From Acutalibacteraceae bacterium (GTDB taxonomy: Bacteria; Bacillota; Clostridia; Oscillospirales; Acutalibacteraceae): 54,530 bases of DNA. Position numbers and translations under genes: made by a program. The stretch spans positions 1 to 54,530 of the forward strand of contig JAZORK010000080.1 in NCBI GenBank assembly GCA_045656485.1. Reading direction: 5' to 3'. Positions 19,738-29,545 of the stretch are shown here, piece by piece. A model generated the notes under the pieces. The model was given only the letters and a program-made list of their open reading frames with translations. It had not been told where the DNA came from and did no database searches. The number at the start of each line of letters is the position of its first letter. The first letter of the stretch is position 1.

Positions 19738-20571
19738 ATGGCAAACACAGGATGTTCGGGCAATTGCAGTTCTTGTTCGCAAAGCTGTTCCGACAGAAAA
19801 AACGAAAGTTTATTAGAGCCTTCGGGCGAATATAATAACATTAAACACGTTATCGGCGTTGTAAGCGGTAAGGGTGGTGTTGGTAAATCACTTGTTACCT
19901 CATCTTTAGCGGTACTTATGCACAAAATGGGCTATAAGGTTGGTATTCTTGACGCCGATATTACAGGTCCTTCAATCCCCAAAACCTTTGGTGTAAATTC
20001 AAGGGCAATGCAAAACGAAATAGGCATTCTCCCCGCCGAAAGCAAGGAAGGCATTAAAATAATGTCTATAAATCTTTTGCTTGACGATAAGGAATCCCCT
20101 GTTTTATGGCGTGGGCCTGTTATTGCGGGTGCTGTTAAGCAGTTTTGGCACGATGTTGTTTGGGGCGACCTTGACTACTTGTTTGTTGACTGCCCCCCAG
20201 GGACCGGCGATGTACCATTGACCGTTTTCCAAAGCCTTCCCCTTGACGGCATTGTTATTGTAACCTCACCGCAGGATTTGGTTTCAATGATAGTTAAAAA
20301 GGCTTATAATATGGCTGATATGATGAAAATTCCCGTGCTTGGTATTGTAGAAAATATGAGCTATGTTGTATGCCCCGAATGTGGCGAACAGTTTAGAATT
20401 TTCGGTTCCAGCACCGAAACTATTGCCGAAGAATTAGGCGTTGATTTGCTTGGCAAAATGCCTATTGATATTAGCCTTGCAAAAATGGTTGATAACGGCA
20501 ATTTTGAAATGTTTGATAACATTTACTTGTCCGACGCCGCAAAACAAATTGATAAAAACTTAAATAAATAA
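19738..20571 (+). CDS. Mrp/NBP35 (ApbC) family iron-sulfur cluster carrier ATPase
   Basis: Deviant Walker A GKGGVGKS, the CPxC motif (CPECG), and a Cys-rich N-terminal tail. Confidence 0.9.
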   Translation: MANTGCSGNCSSCSQSCSDRKNESLLEPSGEYNNIKHVIGVVSGKGGVGKSLVTSSLAVLMHKMGYKVGILDADITGPSIPKTFGVNSRAMQNEIGILPAESKEGIKIMSINLLLDDKESPVLWRGPVIAGAVKQFWHDVVWGDLDYLFVDCPPGTGDVPLTVFQSLPLDGIVIVTSPQDLVSMIVKKAYNMADMMKIPVLGIVENMSYVVCPECGEQFRIFGSSTETIAEELGVDLLGKMPIDISLAKMVDNGNFEMFDNIYLSDAAKQIDKNLNK

Positions 20572-20572
20572 T

Positions 20573-20604
20573 AAAATGAAGGGACTTTTCGTCCCTTCAT
20601 TTTT
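20573..20604. terminator. Bidirectional rho-independent terminator
   Basis: ATGAAGGGAC (20576-20585) pairs with GTCCCTTCAT (20591-20600), with flanking A- and T-runs. Confidence 0.75.
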
Positions 20605-21436
20605 ATTTTAACACACTCTCTATATTTTGATTTATTTCACACACCAAGGTATGCTCGGCGATTTGATGGTCTACCCCTGCATAAAAGCTGCTTGGCAGTC
20701 TTACCGCCATTGTCGAAGAAAAAACCTTAACACTCCCCTGCTTTATAAGCCTTAAAAATTCTAAAAACTCTAAATTTTTTTGCGAAAATTCACAAAAAAC
20801 CTCGCTTAAAGCCTTTATTTTAACCGGTCTTTTAAGGCTGGATAATTTAAAATTTATTTGGTTAAAGCCATTTGTAACCTCGGTTAAAAATTCTTTAGAA
20901 TAGCCGTTTATAGCGCTGTAAAATGCATTATTACCCATAAGCAAGGATGGATGCATTGCACCGATTATACTCCAAAAATACATTTGGTTATAAAAGCAGT
21001 TTATGTTGCGGTTATAAAAGGGTGCAAAGTTAACTGTTATTAGCAAGTTTTCGGGCAAATTTTTAACCCCTAAAACCGCATTTACGTAACGTCCTTCGTA
21101 TATGTAATGAAACACCGTTTGCTGTAAAACGGGGTACCCTGCAAAGCCTTCAAACTTCATTCTTTCCAGCAAACAAACAAAGGCTTGATTTAATTTTAAA
21201 AAACTATTATAAACCGAGTTTGTAAGTTCATTTTCTTTTAAAATCTTACTTATTTTTACAAATTCATCATAAAACACACGAAGGCGGTCTTTAAATTCGG
21301 CTTGTAAAACAGCTGTAGTACCACCCGTAAGCTTTAAAAGTGATGCAATATGCCCTATGCTATTCTCACACCAAAAAATCAAAGTTTTCTTTAAAAGTTC
21401 GGGCGAGTTGACGTTGCTGCAATTTATAAAATTCAT
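20603..21436 (-). CDS. Hypothetical helical protein (possibly DUF2935-like)
   Basis: I place the start at ATG 21436, preceded by GGGGTGA. Two repeats of an FW....H-type helical motif are present. The family assignment is from memory only. Confidence 0.45.
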   Translation of the reverse strand: MNFINCSNVNSPELLKKTLIFWCENSIGHIASLLKLTGGTTAVLQAEFKDRLRVFYDEFVKISKILKENELTNSVYNSFLKLNQAFVCLLERMKFEGFAGYPVLQQTVFHYIYEGRYVNAVLGVKNLPENLLITVNFAPFYNRNINCFYNQMYFWSIIGAMHPSLLMGNNAFYSAINGYSKEFLTEVTNGFNQINFKLSSLKRPVKIKALSEVFCEFSQKNLEFLEFLRLIKQGSVKVFSSTMAVRLPSSFYAGVDHQIAEHTLVCEINQNIESVLK

Positions 21437-21562
21437 AAAATCACCCCATATCAATGTGATTTTATGCGAAACTAAAACAAAATATAACTTTACTGTTAAT
21501 TTGCTTGTCATTATATAAAAGATTTAGTATAATAGCCTTTAGTATGTTTAAAAGGTGAGGAA

Positions 21563-22762
21563 ATGAAAAAATATTTATCCATTGTATTAATTTTGTGCAT
21601 AATCTTAGGTTGTTCGGGTTGCGCCGATATTAAATCCGATTTTAATAGCTCACAAACCTTATCGCCAAACTCGCAGGATGTTAACGCAAGACCCGATAGC
21701 ACTTCTTCAGAAGAATCTTCCATTACTTCAAATATAACTTCTTCCACCATATCGAGTGAAGCTTCTTCAATAATTTCAAGCGAGAACACACCTACTATGA
21801 GCAAAGAAGAGGTTGCAACCAATCCCGCAAATAAGGGCAAAACCTTTGATATTTTATTATCCTTTGCAGGTGACGTTATGCTTGCAAATTCCGACACGAC
21901 AACCTACAAAGGCAGCTTTACCGAATATACCGATAATAATCCACCCGAATATTTCTTAAAAGCGGTGCAATCGGTTTTCGCTAAGGATGACTTTACAATA
22001 GTAAACCTTGAAAATGTTTTAACCGATGAAGAACTTGAAAAAAGCGAAAAAGACCATAGCCCTGCTTACTGGTTTAAAAGCCCTACCGCTAATACAAAAA
22101 TACTAACCGAAAGCAGTGTCGAAGGGGTTTCGCTTGCGAATAACCACGTGTACGACTATGGCTACAAAGGTTACAAGCACACCACCGATGCTGTAAAGGC
22201 GTCAGGTCTTAATTACGGCAATTTTGAAAAGATAATGTACTGCGAAAAGGAAGGCTTTAAAATTGCGGTTATTTGCTACGGTTTGTGGCGTGCTAATGGG
22301 GTTCCTGCCATTAAAAATTTAATTAAAAAGGCATCTAAAAATTCCGATTATCAAATTGTTTTCTTCCACGGCGGCAAAGAACGTATTTATGCACCTGAAG
22401 AATGGAAAATAGAAGCTTGCCACCAGCTTGTAGATGCAGGTGCTGACCTTATAATAGGCAACCATCCACACGTGCTTCAACCAAGAGAGGTTTATAAAGA
22501 TACCGAAATTGTTTATTCGCTTGGCAATTTCCTTTTCGGCGGTAATAAAAAGCCGGGCAAAAACACCATTATTTACCAAATGAAATTAACTATTAATGCA
22601 AAAACCTTGAAGCTTAAAGCCCAAAAATCTAAAATTATACCCTGCTACGTTTACGATGGCAACTGGAATAATTATCAGCCCTGCCTTATAAAAGACAAAG
22701 CCGAAAAGAAACAGGTTTTAGATTTTATGAACGGCAAAGTAAATTCACCTTATTTAAGCTAA
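21563..22762 (+). CDS. CapA/PGA_cap family metallophosphatase-fold lipoprotein
   Basis: Lipobox LGCSGC and a Ser-rich linker, then FAGDVML...SLANNH...GNHPHV...SLGNFLFGG, typical of the CapA family. Confidence 0.8.
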   Translation: MKKYLSIVLILCIILGCSGCADIKSDFNSSQTLSPNSQDVNARPDSTSSEESSITSNITSSTISSEASSIISSENTPTMSKEEVATNPANKGKTFDILLSFAGDVMLANSDTTTYKGSFTEYTDNNPPEYFLKAVQSVFAKDDFTIVNLENVLTDEELEKSEKDHSPAYWFKSPTANTKILTESSVEGVSLANNHVYDYGYKGYKHTTDAVKASGLNYGNFEKIMYCEKEGFKIAVICYGLWRANGVPAIKNLIKKASKNSDYQIVFFHGGKERIYAPEEWKIEACHQLVDAGADLIIGNHPHVLQPREVYKDTEIVYSLGNFLFGGNKKPGKNTIIYQMKLTINAKTLKLKAQKSKIIPCYVYDGNWNNYQPCLIKDKAEKKQVLDFMNGKVNSPYLS

Positions 22763-22768
22763 AAAACA

Positions 22769-22797
22769 TTGATATTCTAAATAATTTTAAGTATAAT
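22769..22797 (+). promoter_or_regulatory. Sigma-A promoter for murD
   Basis: TTGATA (22769-22774), 17-nt spacer, TATAAT (22792-22797). Confidence 0.45.
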
Positions 22798-22839
22798 ATA
22801 AAGATAAGATAAAAACTTTCAAAAACGGGGGCGTCTATA

Positions 22840-24219
22840 ATGGATTGCGTACAATTTTTCGAACAAATAAAGGGTAAAAAAATTGCAATGTGCGGTATTG
22901 GTGTTAGCAATACCCCACTTATTATGGACTTTTTGAAAAAAGGCGCAAAGGTTTATGCCTGCGACCGCAGAAGCCGTGAAATGCTAGGTGAAATTGCCGA
23001 CGCTCTCGAAAATGCGGGCGCTATTCTTCGCTTGGGGGACGACTACCTAAACAATTTAGAGGTGGATATGATTTTCCGCACCCCAGGTATGAATTTTCAC
23101 CTGCCCGAATTAGACTCCGCCCGTAAAAAAGGCATTGCCGTTACGAGCGAGATGGAAGTATTTTTCGATTTATGCCCCGCTACCATTTTTGCTGTAACCG
23201 GCTCTGACGGTAAGACCACCACAACCACCCTTATTGCTAAAATGCTCGAAGCCGAAGGCAAGCGTGTTTTTGTGGGCGGTAATATAGGCAAACCCCTACT
23301 TCCCGAAATTGAAAATATCACAAAAGATGACTTTGTAGTGGTTGAGCTTTCGTCCTTCCAATTGATTTCTATGCGTAAGAGCCCCGATATTGCGGTGGTT
23401 ACCAATGTTGCACCCAATCATTTGGATGTACACAAGGATATGGACGAATATGTTGAAGCAAAGAAAAACGTTATTCTTCACCAAAACGCCTTTTCACGCA
23501 CCGTGCTTAATGCCGATAACGAAATTACAAATAGCTTTAAGCCGTATGTACGTGGTCAGTCACTATCCTTTAGTATGGAAACTCCCCTTAAAAACGGCGC
23601 TTGGCTTGATGAAAACGGCGTTATTCACATATCCTACCGTGGTATTGATGCGCCCATTATGTCAAGGGATGAAATTGCAATTCTAGGCGACCACAACGTT
23701 GAAAATTACCTTACCGCCATTACTGCCGTTTGGGGTTATGTTGGTGCTGATTCTATTAAAAAGGTTGCTCGTGAATTTAAGGGCGTTGAACACCGTATTG
23801 AATTCGTACGCGAAGTTAACGGCGTTAAATATTATAACGACTCTATCGCTTCAAGCCCTACAAGAACTATTGCAGGACTTAAAGCCTTCCCACAAAAAGT
23901 TTGGCTTATTGCAGGCGGATATGACAAGCATATCCCTTACGAACCTATGGTGCCTTATGTGCTCGACAAAGTTGAAAAATTGCTCCTTTGCGGTGCTACC
24001 GCCGAAAAGATTAAAAAGGCTGTTCTAAGCGATAAAAACTATAACGGCAAACCCGAAATTATTGATGTTGAAGATATTGCCGCCGCTGTAGATTATGCTA
24101 ACAAAAACACCAAAAACGGTGATATTGTCACCCTTTCGCCCGCTTCGGCAAGTTTTGATAAATTCCCCAACTTTGTCGCCCGTGGCAACTATTTTAAGGA
24201 GTTAGTAAACAAACTATAA
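22840..24219 (+). CDS. murD: UDP-N-acetylmuramoylalanine--D-glutamate ligase
   Basis: 459-aa Mur ligase with the P-loop GSDGKTTT and a MurD-type N-terminal Rossmann domain. Confidence 0.93.
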   Translation: MDCVQFFEQIKGKKIAMCGIGVSNTPLIMDFLKKGAKVYACDRRSREMLGEIADALENAGAILRLGDDYLNNLEVDMIFRTPGMNFHLPELDSARKKGIAVTSEMEVFFDLCPATIFAVTGSDGKTTTTTLIAKMLEAEGKRVFVGGNIGKPLLPEIENITKDDFVVVELSSFQLISMRKSPDIAVVTNVAPNHLDVHKDMDEYVEAKKNVILHQNAFSRTVLNADNEITNSFKPYVRGQSLSFSMETPLKNGAWLDENGVIHISYRGIDAPIMSRDEIAILGDHNVENYLTAITAVWGYVGADSIKKVAREFKGVEHRIEFVREVNGVKYYNDSIASSPTRTIAGLKAFPQKVWLIAGGYDKHIPYEPMVPYVLDKVEKLLLCGATAEKIKKAVLSDKNYNGKPEIIDVEDIAAAVDYANKNTKNGDIVTLSPASASFDKFPNFVARGNYFKELVNKL

Positions 24220-25232
24220 TGGAAATTAAGGATTTACTTTTTAAATTATCTTCACTTGATGGCATTGGCAATATTACCGATGCGCAAACAGAAGTTAGTA
24301 ATATTTTATCAAAATACTGTGAAACTCAAGAAACCCCCGACCATAGCGTAGTAGGTTTTTTAAAGGGCAAAAGCGACTATACAATTATGCTTGATGCCCA
24401 TATAGATCAAGTGGGTTTTGTAGTTACCAATGTTGATGATAACGGCTTTTTAACCGTTGCAACAGCAGGTGGTATTGATATTCGTGCATTGCCTTCACCC
24501 ACTGTTACCGTTCACGGTAAGGAAAAAATCAAGGCTGTATTTTGTGCTACACCACCACATCTTTCACAGGGCGAAAAGGAATATACCGACATTGCCGATA
24601 TTAAATTAGACACCGCTTTGGGCGAAAAAGCTAAGGACATTGTATCGGTTGGCGATTATGTAACCTTTACGACTGAACCTTTTGAATTAAATGATAACCT
24701 TGTTTGCGGTCGTTCTTTTGATGACCGTGCGGGTGCAGTTTGTTTGCTTGAAACCGCACGCCGTTTAAGTAAAGTTGAACTTCCCGTAAATGTTGCTTTC
24801 TGTTTTTCAACCGCCGAAGAATTAGGCTGTCGTGGGGCTCGTACTGCCACATTTAAGCTAGACCCCAACGAAGCGGTTGCTATTGATGTAACCTTTGGCG
24901 ACGGACCCGATATTTCGGGTGATGAATCTTGCAAATTAGGTGGCGGTGCTGCTATTGGCATCTCCCCCGCGCTTGACAAGGCTTTAAGTCAAAAGCTTAC
25001 CACAGTTGCTAAAGAAAACAATATCCCTTATGTGTTAGAAATTATGGGTGAACGCACAGGCACTAATGCCGATGTTATTGGCATTACACGTAACGGTGTT
25101 AAAGCAGTTACCCTTTCTGTACCACTTCGCAATATGCATTCGGATGTTGAAATTTTACACACTTCCGACATTACCGCCGTTTGCGACTTGTTAGAAAAAT
25201 ACATCCTTTCGGGAGGTGTTTTTAGTGCTTGA
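24219..25232 (+). CDS. M42 family metallopeptidase (YsdC/FrvX/CelM-like aminopeptidase)
   Basis: 337 aa with the motifs LDAHIDQVGF, DDRAG and EELGCRGA. Confidence 0.85.
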   Translation: MEIKDLLFKLSSLDGIGNITDAQTEVSNILSKYCETQETPDHSVVGFLKGKSDYTIMLDAHIDQVGFVVTNVDDNGFLTVATAGGIDIRALPSPTVTVHGKEKIKAVFCATPPHLSQGEKEYTDIADIKLDTALGEKAKDIVSVGDYVTFTTEPFELNDNLVCGRSFDDRAGAVCLLETARRLSKVELPVNVAFCFSTAEELGCRGARTATFKLDPNEAVAIDVTFGDGPDISGDESCKLGGGAAIGISPALDKALSQKLTTVAKENNIPYVLEIMGERTGTNADVIGITRNGVKAVTLSVPLRNMHSDVEILHTSDITAVCDLLEKYILSGGVFSA

Positions 25233-26235
25233 TTTGTTAAAACAATTATGTTTAATTGACGCTACCGCAGGTGACGAAGGCAGTGTTAGGGATTTTATAA
25301 TAAACGAGATTAAAGATTTTTGCGAATATAAAATTGATAATTTAGGCAACATTATTTGCTTTAAAAAAGGCAAAAACAGCCCCTTGAAAAAAGTTATGCT
25401 GGATGCCCATATGGACGAAGTTGGGCTTATTATAACATCGGTTACCGATGGTGGATTTTTAAAATTTTCTACCGTTGGGGGTATTGATGTTTCTGCCCTT
25501 ATGTTCCGTAAAGTTAAAATAAACGGCAAAATAAACGGTGTTATAAGTGGCAAACCTTTCCACTTGTTATCAGTCGACAGCCGTAAAAAGTTGCCTTCCG
25601 ACAGCGACCTTTACATTGATATAGGCGCTAAAGATAAGGCGGATGCACTCGACAAAATTAGCCTTGGCGACCGTGCGGTAATTACAAGTGAATTTGAAAT
25701 TTTAGGTGGAAATGTAAAATCTAAAGCACTTGACGACCGCATTGGCTGTGCTACCCTTATTTCACTTTTAAAGGAAGATGCCGACTACGATTTTTACGCC
25801 ACCTTTACCACAGGTGAAGAAATCGGCCTTAGGGGTGCAAAGGTTGCAACCTTTGCCGTTAATCCCGATAGTGCAATTGTGCTTGAAGGCACACCCGCCG
25901 CCGATATTGCCGATGTTCCCTATGAAAAAAGCGTTTGTAATTTAGGGTCCGGTGTTGCGGTATCTTTTATGGACAGGTCCACCGTTTATGATAAGGAATA
26001 CTATACCGCCGCACTCGGTAGCGGTATTAAATGCCAAGTAAAACGTGCCGTTGCAGGTGGTAATAATTCGGGCAGTGTGCATTTATCACGTGAGGGTGTG
26101 CGTACTATCGCCCTTTCGGTGCCTTGCCGATATATTCACACCGCAAATAGTATTGCCAACCTAAGCGATATTGAAAGCCAAAAGGATTTAGCTAAATATA
26201 TGCTTTTGGGTATTTGTAACGGTAATATTAAATGA
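25225..26235 (+). CDS. M42 family metallopeptidase, tandem paralogue
   Basis: Motifs LDAHMDEVGL, DDRIGC and EEIGLRGA. GTG at 25225 sits 8 nt after the RBS GGGAGG. Confidence 0.85.
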   Translation: MLDLLKQLCLIDATAGDEGSVRDFIINEIKDFCEYKIDNLGNIICFKKGKNSPLKKVMLDAHMDEVGLIITSVTDGGFLKFSTVGGIDVSALMFRKVKINGKINGVISGKPFHLLSVDSRKKLPSDSDLYIDIGAKDKADALDKISLGDRAVITSEFEILGGNVKSKALDDRIGCATLISLLKEDADYDFYATFTTGEEIGLRGAKVATFAVNPDSAIVLEGTPAADIADVPYEKSVCNLGSGVAVSFMDRSTVYDKEYYTAALGSGIKCQVKRAVAGGNNSGSVHLSREGVRTIALSVPCRYIHTANSIANLSDIESQKDLAKYMLLGICNGNIK

Positions 26236-26921
26236 TTACCTTAACTAATAACATTCCCGCAGCCGAACTTTCGGCCGAAAGTATAAAAATCAATTGTCTT
26301 TTTGATTCTTACAAAAATGACGATAGTGTTCTTTTTTGGGTGCAGGACGAAGGAAAAGCGGTTATTTCTATGACCGACGGTAATATGATTATTCATAACA
26401 AATCCGCCGATTTAGAAGAGCTTAAAACCTTTGTTGATGTTTTAAACCCTGCTTGTATTTTTAGTGATATGGAAACACTAAAAGGCATAGACAGAACTCC
26501 GCCCGAAAATATAAACATTATGCACCGCAAGACAAACATTACGGGCGAAACGGCTGGCGATACCCTTTCAAGCAAAGAAATTTACGATTTGCTTGACGTT
26601 AAGGGGCTTTCTCTCCCCGAATACCCCTATTTTGCGGTAGATTATTGCAAAAGGCTAAACCACGGCTTTGCAAATTATTTTGCTATTAAAAGCAAATGTG
26701 CTATAATTACATTTAACACAGGCGAATTTGCTATTATTAACGGTCTTGCAAGCCACCAAAAAGGCTATGGCAGTATTGCTTTAAAAGCCGCCTTGCAAAA
26801 AAATTACGGTAAAGAATTTTTGGTGTGTTGCAGGGATAGTGTAATGGAATTTTATAGAAAAAACGGATTTGAAAAATTATATAACGCAGGTTATTGGGTG
26901 AAAACAAATGAATATAAATAA
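26232..26921 (+). CDS. Hypothetical protein with a GNAT-like C-terminal region
   Basis: 229 aa. The C-terminus QKGYGSIALKAAL...EFYRKNGFE resembles an acetyl-CoA-binding GNAT motif. Overlapping stop/start codons link it to both neighbours. Confidence 0.45.
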   Translation: MITLTNNIPAAELSAESIKINCLFDSYKNDDSVLFWVQDEGKAVISMTDGNMIIHNKSADLEELKTFVDVLNPACIFSDMETLKGIDRTPPENINIMHRKTNITGETAGDTLSSKEIYDLLDVKGLSLPEYPYFAVDYCKRLNHGFANYFAIKSKCAIITFNTGEFAIINGLASHQKGYGSIALKAALQKNYGKEFLVCCRDSVMEFYRKNGFEKLYNAGYWVKTNEYK

Positions 26922-28182
26922 CTTTTTTAATATAGATGAAAAACTTTTAGAACTTGACAAAACCGCTTTAGAAAAATGCCAAGAGCAGTTTTCTAAAATT
27001 GATAGCGTTACCGAATATAATCAATTAAAGGTTTTAAAGGCTTTTATAGATAACGGAGTAAGTGAATCTTATTTTACAGGCTCCACAGGCTACGGTTATG
27101 ACGACCGTGGCCGTGAGATTTTAGAAAAAGTGATGGCAGACTGTATGGGTGCTGAAGATTCCTTAATGCGCCACAACTTTGTATCGGGCACACACACTTT
27201 AACGGTTGCCCTTTTTGGCATTTTGCGACCTAATGATAAGGTATTAGTACTTACCGGCAGACCTTACGACACCATTACAGGCGTTTTTGGTATTGACGAA
27301 AAAACCGACGGCTCGCTTGCCGATTTCGGTGTAGAATACCATCAGGTCGACTTAAAAAACGACGGCACACCCGACTTAGAAGAAATTAAAAACCGCCTTA
27401 AAAAAGACGATTTCAAAATGGCGTATATACAGCGTTCACGTGGCTATTCTACAAGACCTACCCTTACAATAGACGATATTGAAGTGCTTTGCAAAATTGT
27501 TAAAGAAACTTCACCCAACACCGTTATTATGGTTGATAACTGCTACGGTGAATTTGTTGAAACTAAAGAACCGACTGAAGTTGGCGCAGATATCATTGCA
27601 GGCTCGCTTATTAAAAACCCGGGCGGCGGTATTGCCCCCACAGGCGGTTATATTGCAGGTAGAAAAGATTTAATTGAAAAATGCTCATACCGCCTAACAT
27701 GTGCAGGTGTCGGCAAGGAAGTAGGCGCCACACTCGGTCACTCAAGAGAATTGTACTTAGGCTTATTCTCGGCTCCCCACGTTGTTGGCGAAGCCCTTAA
27801 AACCGCTGTTTATACATCTGCTTTATATGAAAGCTTAGGCTTTGCGGTTTCCCCCACCGTAGGCGAAAAACGCGGGGATATTATTCAGTGCATAACCCTT
27901 AACACCGCCGATAATTTAGTGGCATTTTGTCAAGGTATGCAAAGCGGTGCCCCTGTGGATTCATTTGTTGTGCCTGAGCCTTGGGATATGCCCGGCTACA
28001 CCGACCCCGTTATAATGGCGGCAGGTGCCTTTACCCTTGGCGCTTCTATTGAACTTTCGGCCGACGGACCTTTACGTCCACCCTATGCCGCGTGGATGCA
28101 AGGTGGACTCAACTTCCACAGTGCACATGCAGGCGTTCTATTGGCCGCACAAAAAATGCTTGAAAAGACTAGAGGAAACTAA
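26908..28182 (+). CDS. YnbB / aluminium-resistance family PLP-dependent protein (methionine gamma-lyase-like)
   Basis: 424 aa with the conserved YQRSRGYS-type segment (IQRSRGYSTRP) and SLIKNPGGG. Confidence 0.8.
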   Translation: MNINNFFNIDEKLLELDKTALEKCQEQFSKIDSVTEYNQLKVLKAFIDNGVSESYFTGSTGYGYDDRGREILEKVMADCMGAEDSLMRHNFVSGTHTLTVALFGILRPNDKVLVLTGRPYDTITGVFGIDEKTDGSLADFGVEYHQVDLKNDGTPDLEEIKNRLKKDDFKMAYIQRSRGYSTRPTLTIDDIEVLCKIVKETSPNTVIMVDNCYGEFVETKEPTEVGADIIAGSLIKNPGGGIAPTGGYIAGRKDLIEKCSYRLTCAGVGKEVGATLGHSRELYLGLFSAPHVVGEALKTAVYTSALYESLGFAVSPTVGEKRGDIIQCITLNTADNLVAFCQGMQSGAPVDSFVVPEPWDMPGYTDPVIMAAGAFTLGASIELSADGPLRPPYAAWMQGGLNFHSAHAGVLLAAQKMLEKTRGN

Positions 28183-28184
28183 AA

Positions 28185-28853
28185 ATGAAACAAATTTTTG
28201 AAGGCGAAGTTTATGAAATTTTGCCCCTTTCTAACGGAATAATTTTTTCCTACTGTAAAGAAGCGAACGATTCCGAAGTTACCGTTTCTTATAAAATGAT
28301 TTCATTTGATAACGGCCGAATTACCGACGTTGCTAAAAACATTTATCTTTTAACAAAGTTCGGCAACAACTATAAAGAAATTGTAAAACATTGTGATAAC
28401 TATATTACCGTAAAATCTATTATTTTACCCAGCGGAAAGGTCTTTTTACTTTTATCGGACGGCACCGCAAAACTAATTGACACCGATTTTTCGGTTATTT
28501 GGCAGGGCAGTTTTAACTACCGTTCATTTGCGGCATCCGATATTGTTATTCACAAAAATTCAATTTGGGCAACCTTCCCCGACTGTAACGTTTTACTTCG
28601 CTATAACCTTAATACAATGCGTGAAGAATTACGCATTGGCGGAAACAAGTCACCCTTTGACAAGCCAAAAAGTATGTTCTTAGAGGGTAACAGCGTAACA
28701 GTTTGCAACAAAGGCTCAAAAAAACTTACACAAGTTAACCTTGAAAGCTACGTGTGTTTAGAGGATGAAACCTTCACGGAAGAAGTTTTACAATATCTTA
28801 AAACCGATATTTACCGCTTTGTTATTTTAAAATCAGGTTTATATATGATATAA
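28185..28853 (+). CDS. Hypothetical protein
   Basis: 222-aa ORF with coding-like composition, 2 nt after ynbB. I recognise no motif. Confidence 0.5.
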   Translation: MKQIFEGEVYEILPLSNGIIFSYCKEANDSEVTVSYKMISFDNGRITDVAKNIYLLTKFGNNYKEIVKHCDNYITVKSIILPSGKVFLLLSDGTAKLIDTDFSVIWQGSFNYRSFAASDIVIHKNSIWATFPDCNVLLRYNLNTMREELRIGGNKSPFDKPKSMFLEGNSVTVCNKGSKKLTQVNLESYVCLEDETFTEEVLQYLKTDIYRFVILKSGLYMI

Positions 28854-28884
28854 AAAAATCGGCACCTACTGTGCCGATTTTTTT
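28852..28884. terminator. Bidirectional rho-independent terminator
   Basis: ATCGGCAC (28858-28865) pairs with GTGCCGAT (28871-28878), flanked by A7 and T7. Confidence 0.75.
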
Positions 28885-29405
28885 GTTATTCTTTTCCTTA
28901 TTACCCTTGAAATATAAAACGCCAAAACAGCAAAGATAATATCCTTTAAAAACACAGGGGCATACATTATAACGGCCGTCCACAAGGGATTTTGTGTAAT
29001 AAATGAAAAATATAAAATACCTATAACATACATTACAAGCATACCGCAAAGGCTTAAAACAATTTTTAGTAAATCGGACTTAAACCTTTGGGAAAAAGCG
29101 CACAAAAACACAAAAATAGGAAATGCTAATATAAAACCACCTGCGGGACCTGTTATATGGTGTAAACCGCCACAAAACCCTGAAAAAACAGGCGCACCAA
29201 CCGCACCTAAAAGAATGTAACTTACAATCGAAAAGAGCGAATACTTAACTGACAGGGTATATCCGCAAAGAGCAATAGCAAAAGTTTGAAGTGTTATTGG
29301 AAATTCGTGTGTGGTGGGTGGTATTTGTGCTAAAACTGCTATTAAAGCCGTGAAAAGTGCTGCCAAAACTGCCGACAACGTTTCTTCTCTTTGTGATTTA
29401 GCCAT
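28866..29405 (-). CDS. bioY: Biotin transporter S-component BioY
   Basis: 179-aa membrane protein. The N-terminal pattern ...LFTALIAVLAQI...PITLQTFAIALCG is typical of BioY. Confidence 0.85.
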   Translation of the reverse strand: MAKSQREETLSAVLAALFTALIAVLAQIPPTTHEFPITLQTFAIALCGYTLSVKYSLFSIVSYILLGAVGAPVFSGFCGGLHHITGPAGGFILAFPIFVFLCAFSQRFKSDLLKIVLSLCGMLVMYVIGILYFSFITQNPLWTAVIMYAPVFLKDIIFAVLAFYISRVIRKRITKKSAQ

Positions 29406-29485
29406 ATAATTTCCACCTGCCTTAAAAAATATTTATTATTATATCAAATTTGCCTTTTTATTTCAACAAAATTAGAGTATTTTAA

Positions 29486-29514
29486 TTGAAATGCCATCAA
29501 TTTTATGCTATAAT
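29486..29514 (+). promoter_or_regulatory. Sigma-A promoter for pepD
   Basis: TTGAAA (29486-29491), 17-nt spacer, TATAAT (29509-29514). Confidence 0.5.
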
Positions 29515-29545
29515 TGGCTTTGTATTTTGCACAAAGGAGATTTTC

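Noticed and set aside
21511-21897. 128-aa ORF on the minus strand, apparently abutting the 20603-21511 ORF.
   Set aside because: It lies antisense to the N-terminal Ser-rich linker of the CapA-family gene and has acidic low-complexity content. It has no RBS. The upstream gene more plausibly starts at 21436. I treat it as a shadow ORF.
29406-29485. Looked for a BirA operator (an inverted TGTTAAC-type repeat) upstream of bioY.
   Set aside because: No inverted repeat of that type is visible in the 80-nt upstream region.
29486-29545. 20-codon N-terminal extension of the pepD ORF.
   Set aside because: It covers the predicted -35 and -10 promoter boxes. ATG 29546 has a strong AAAGGAG RBS.
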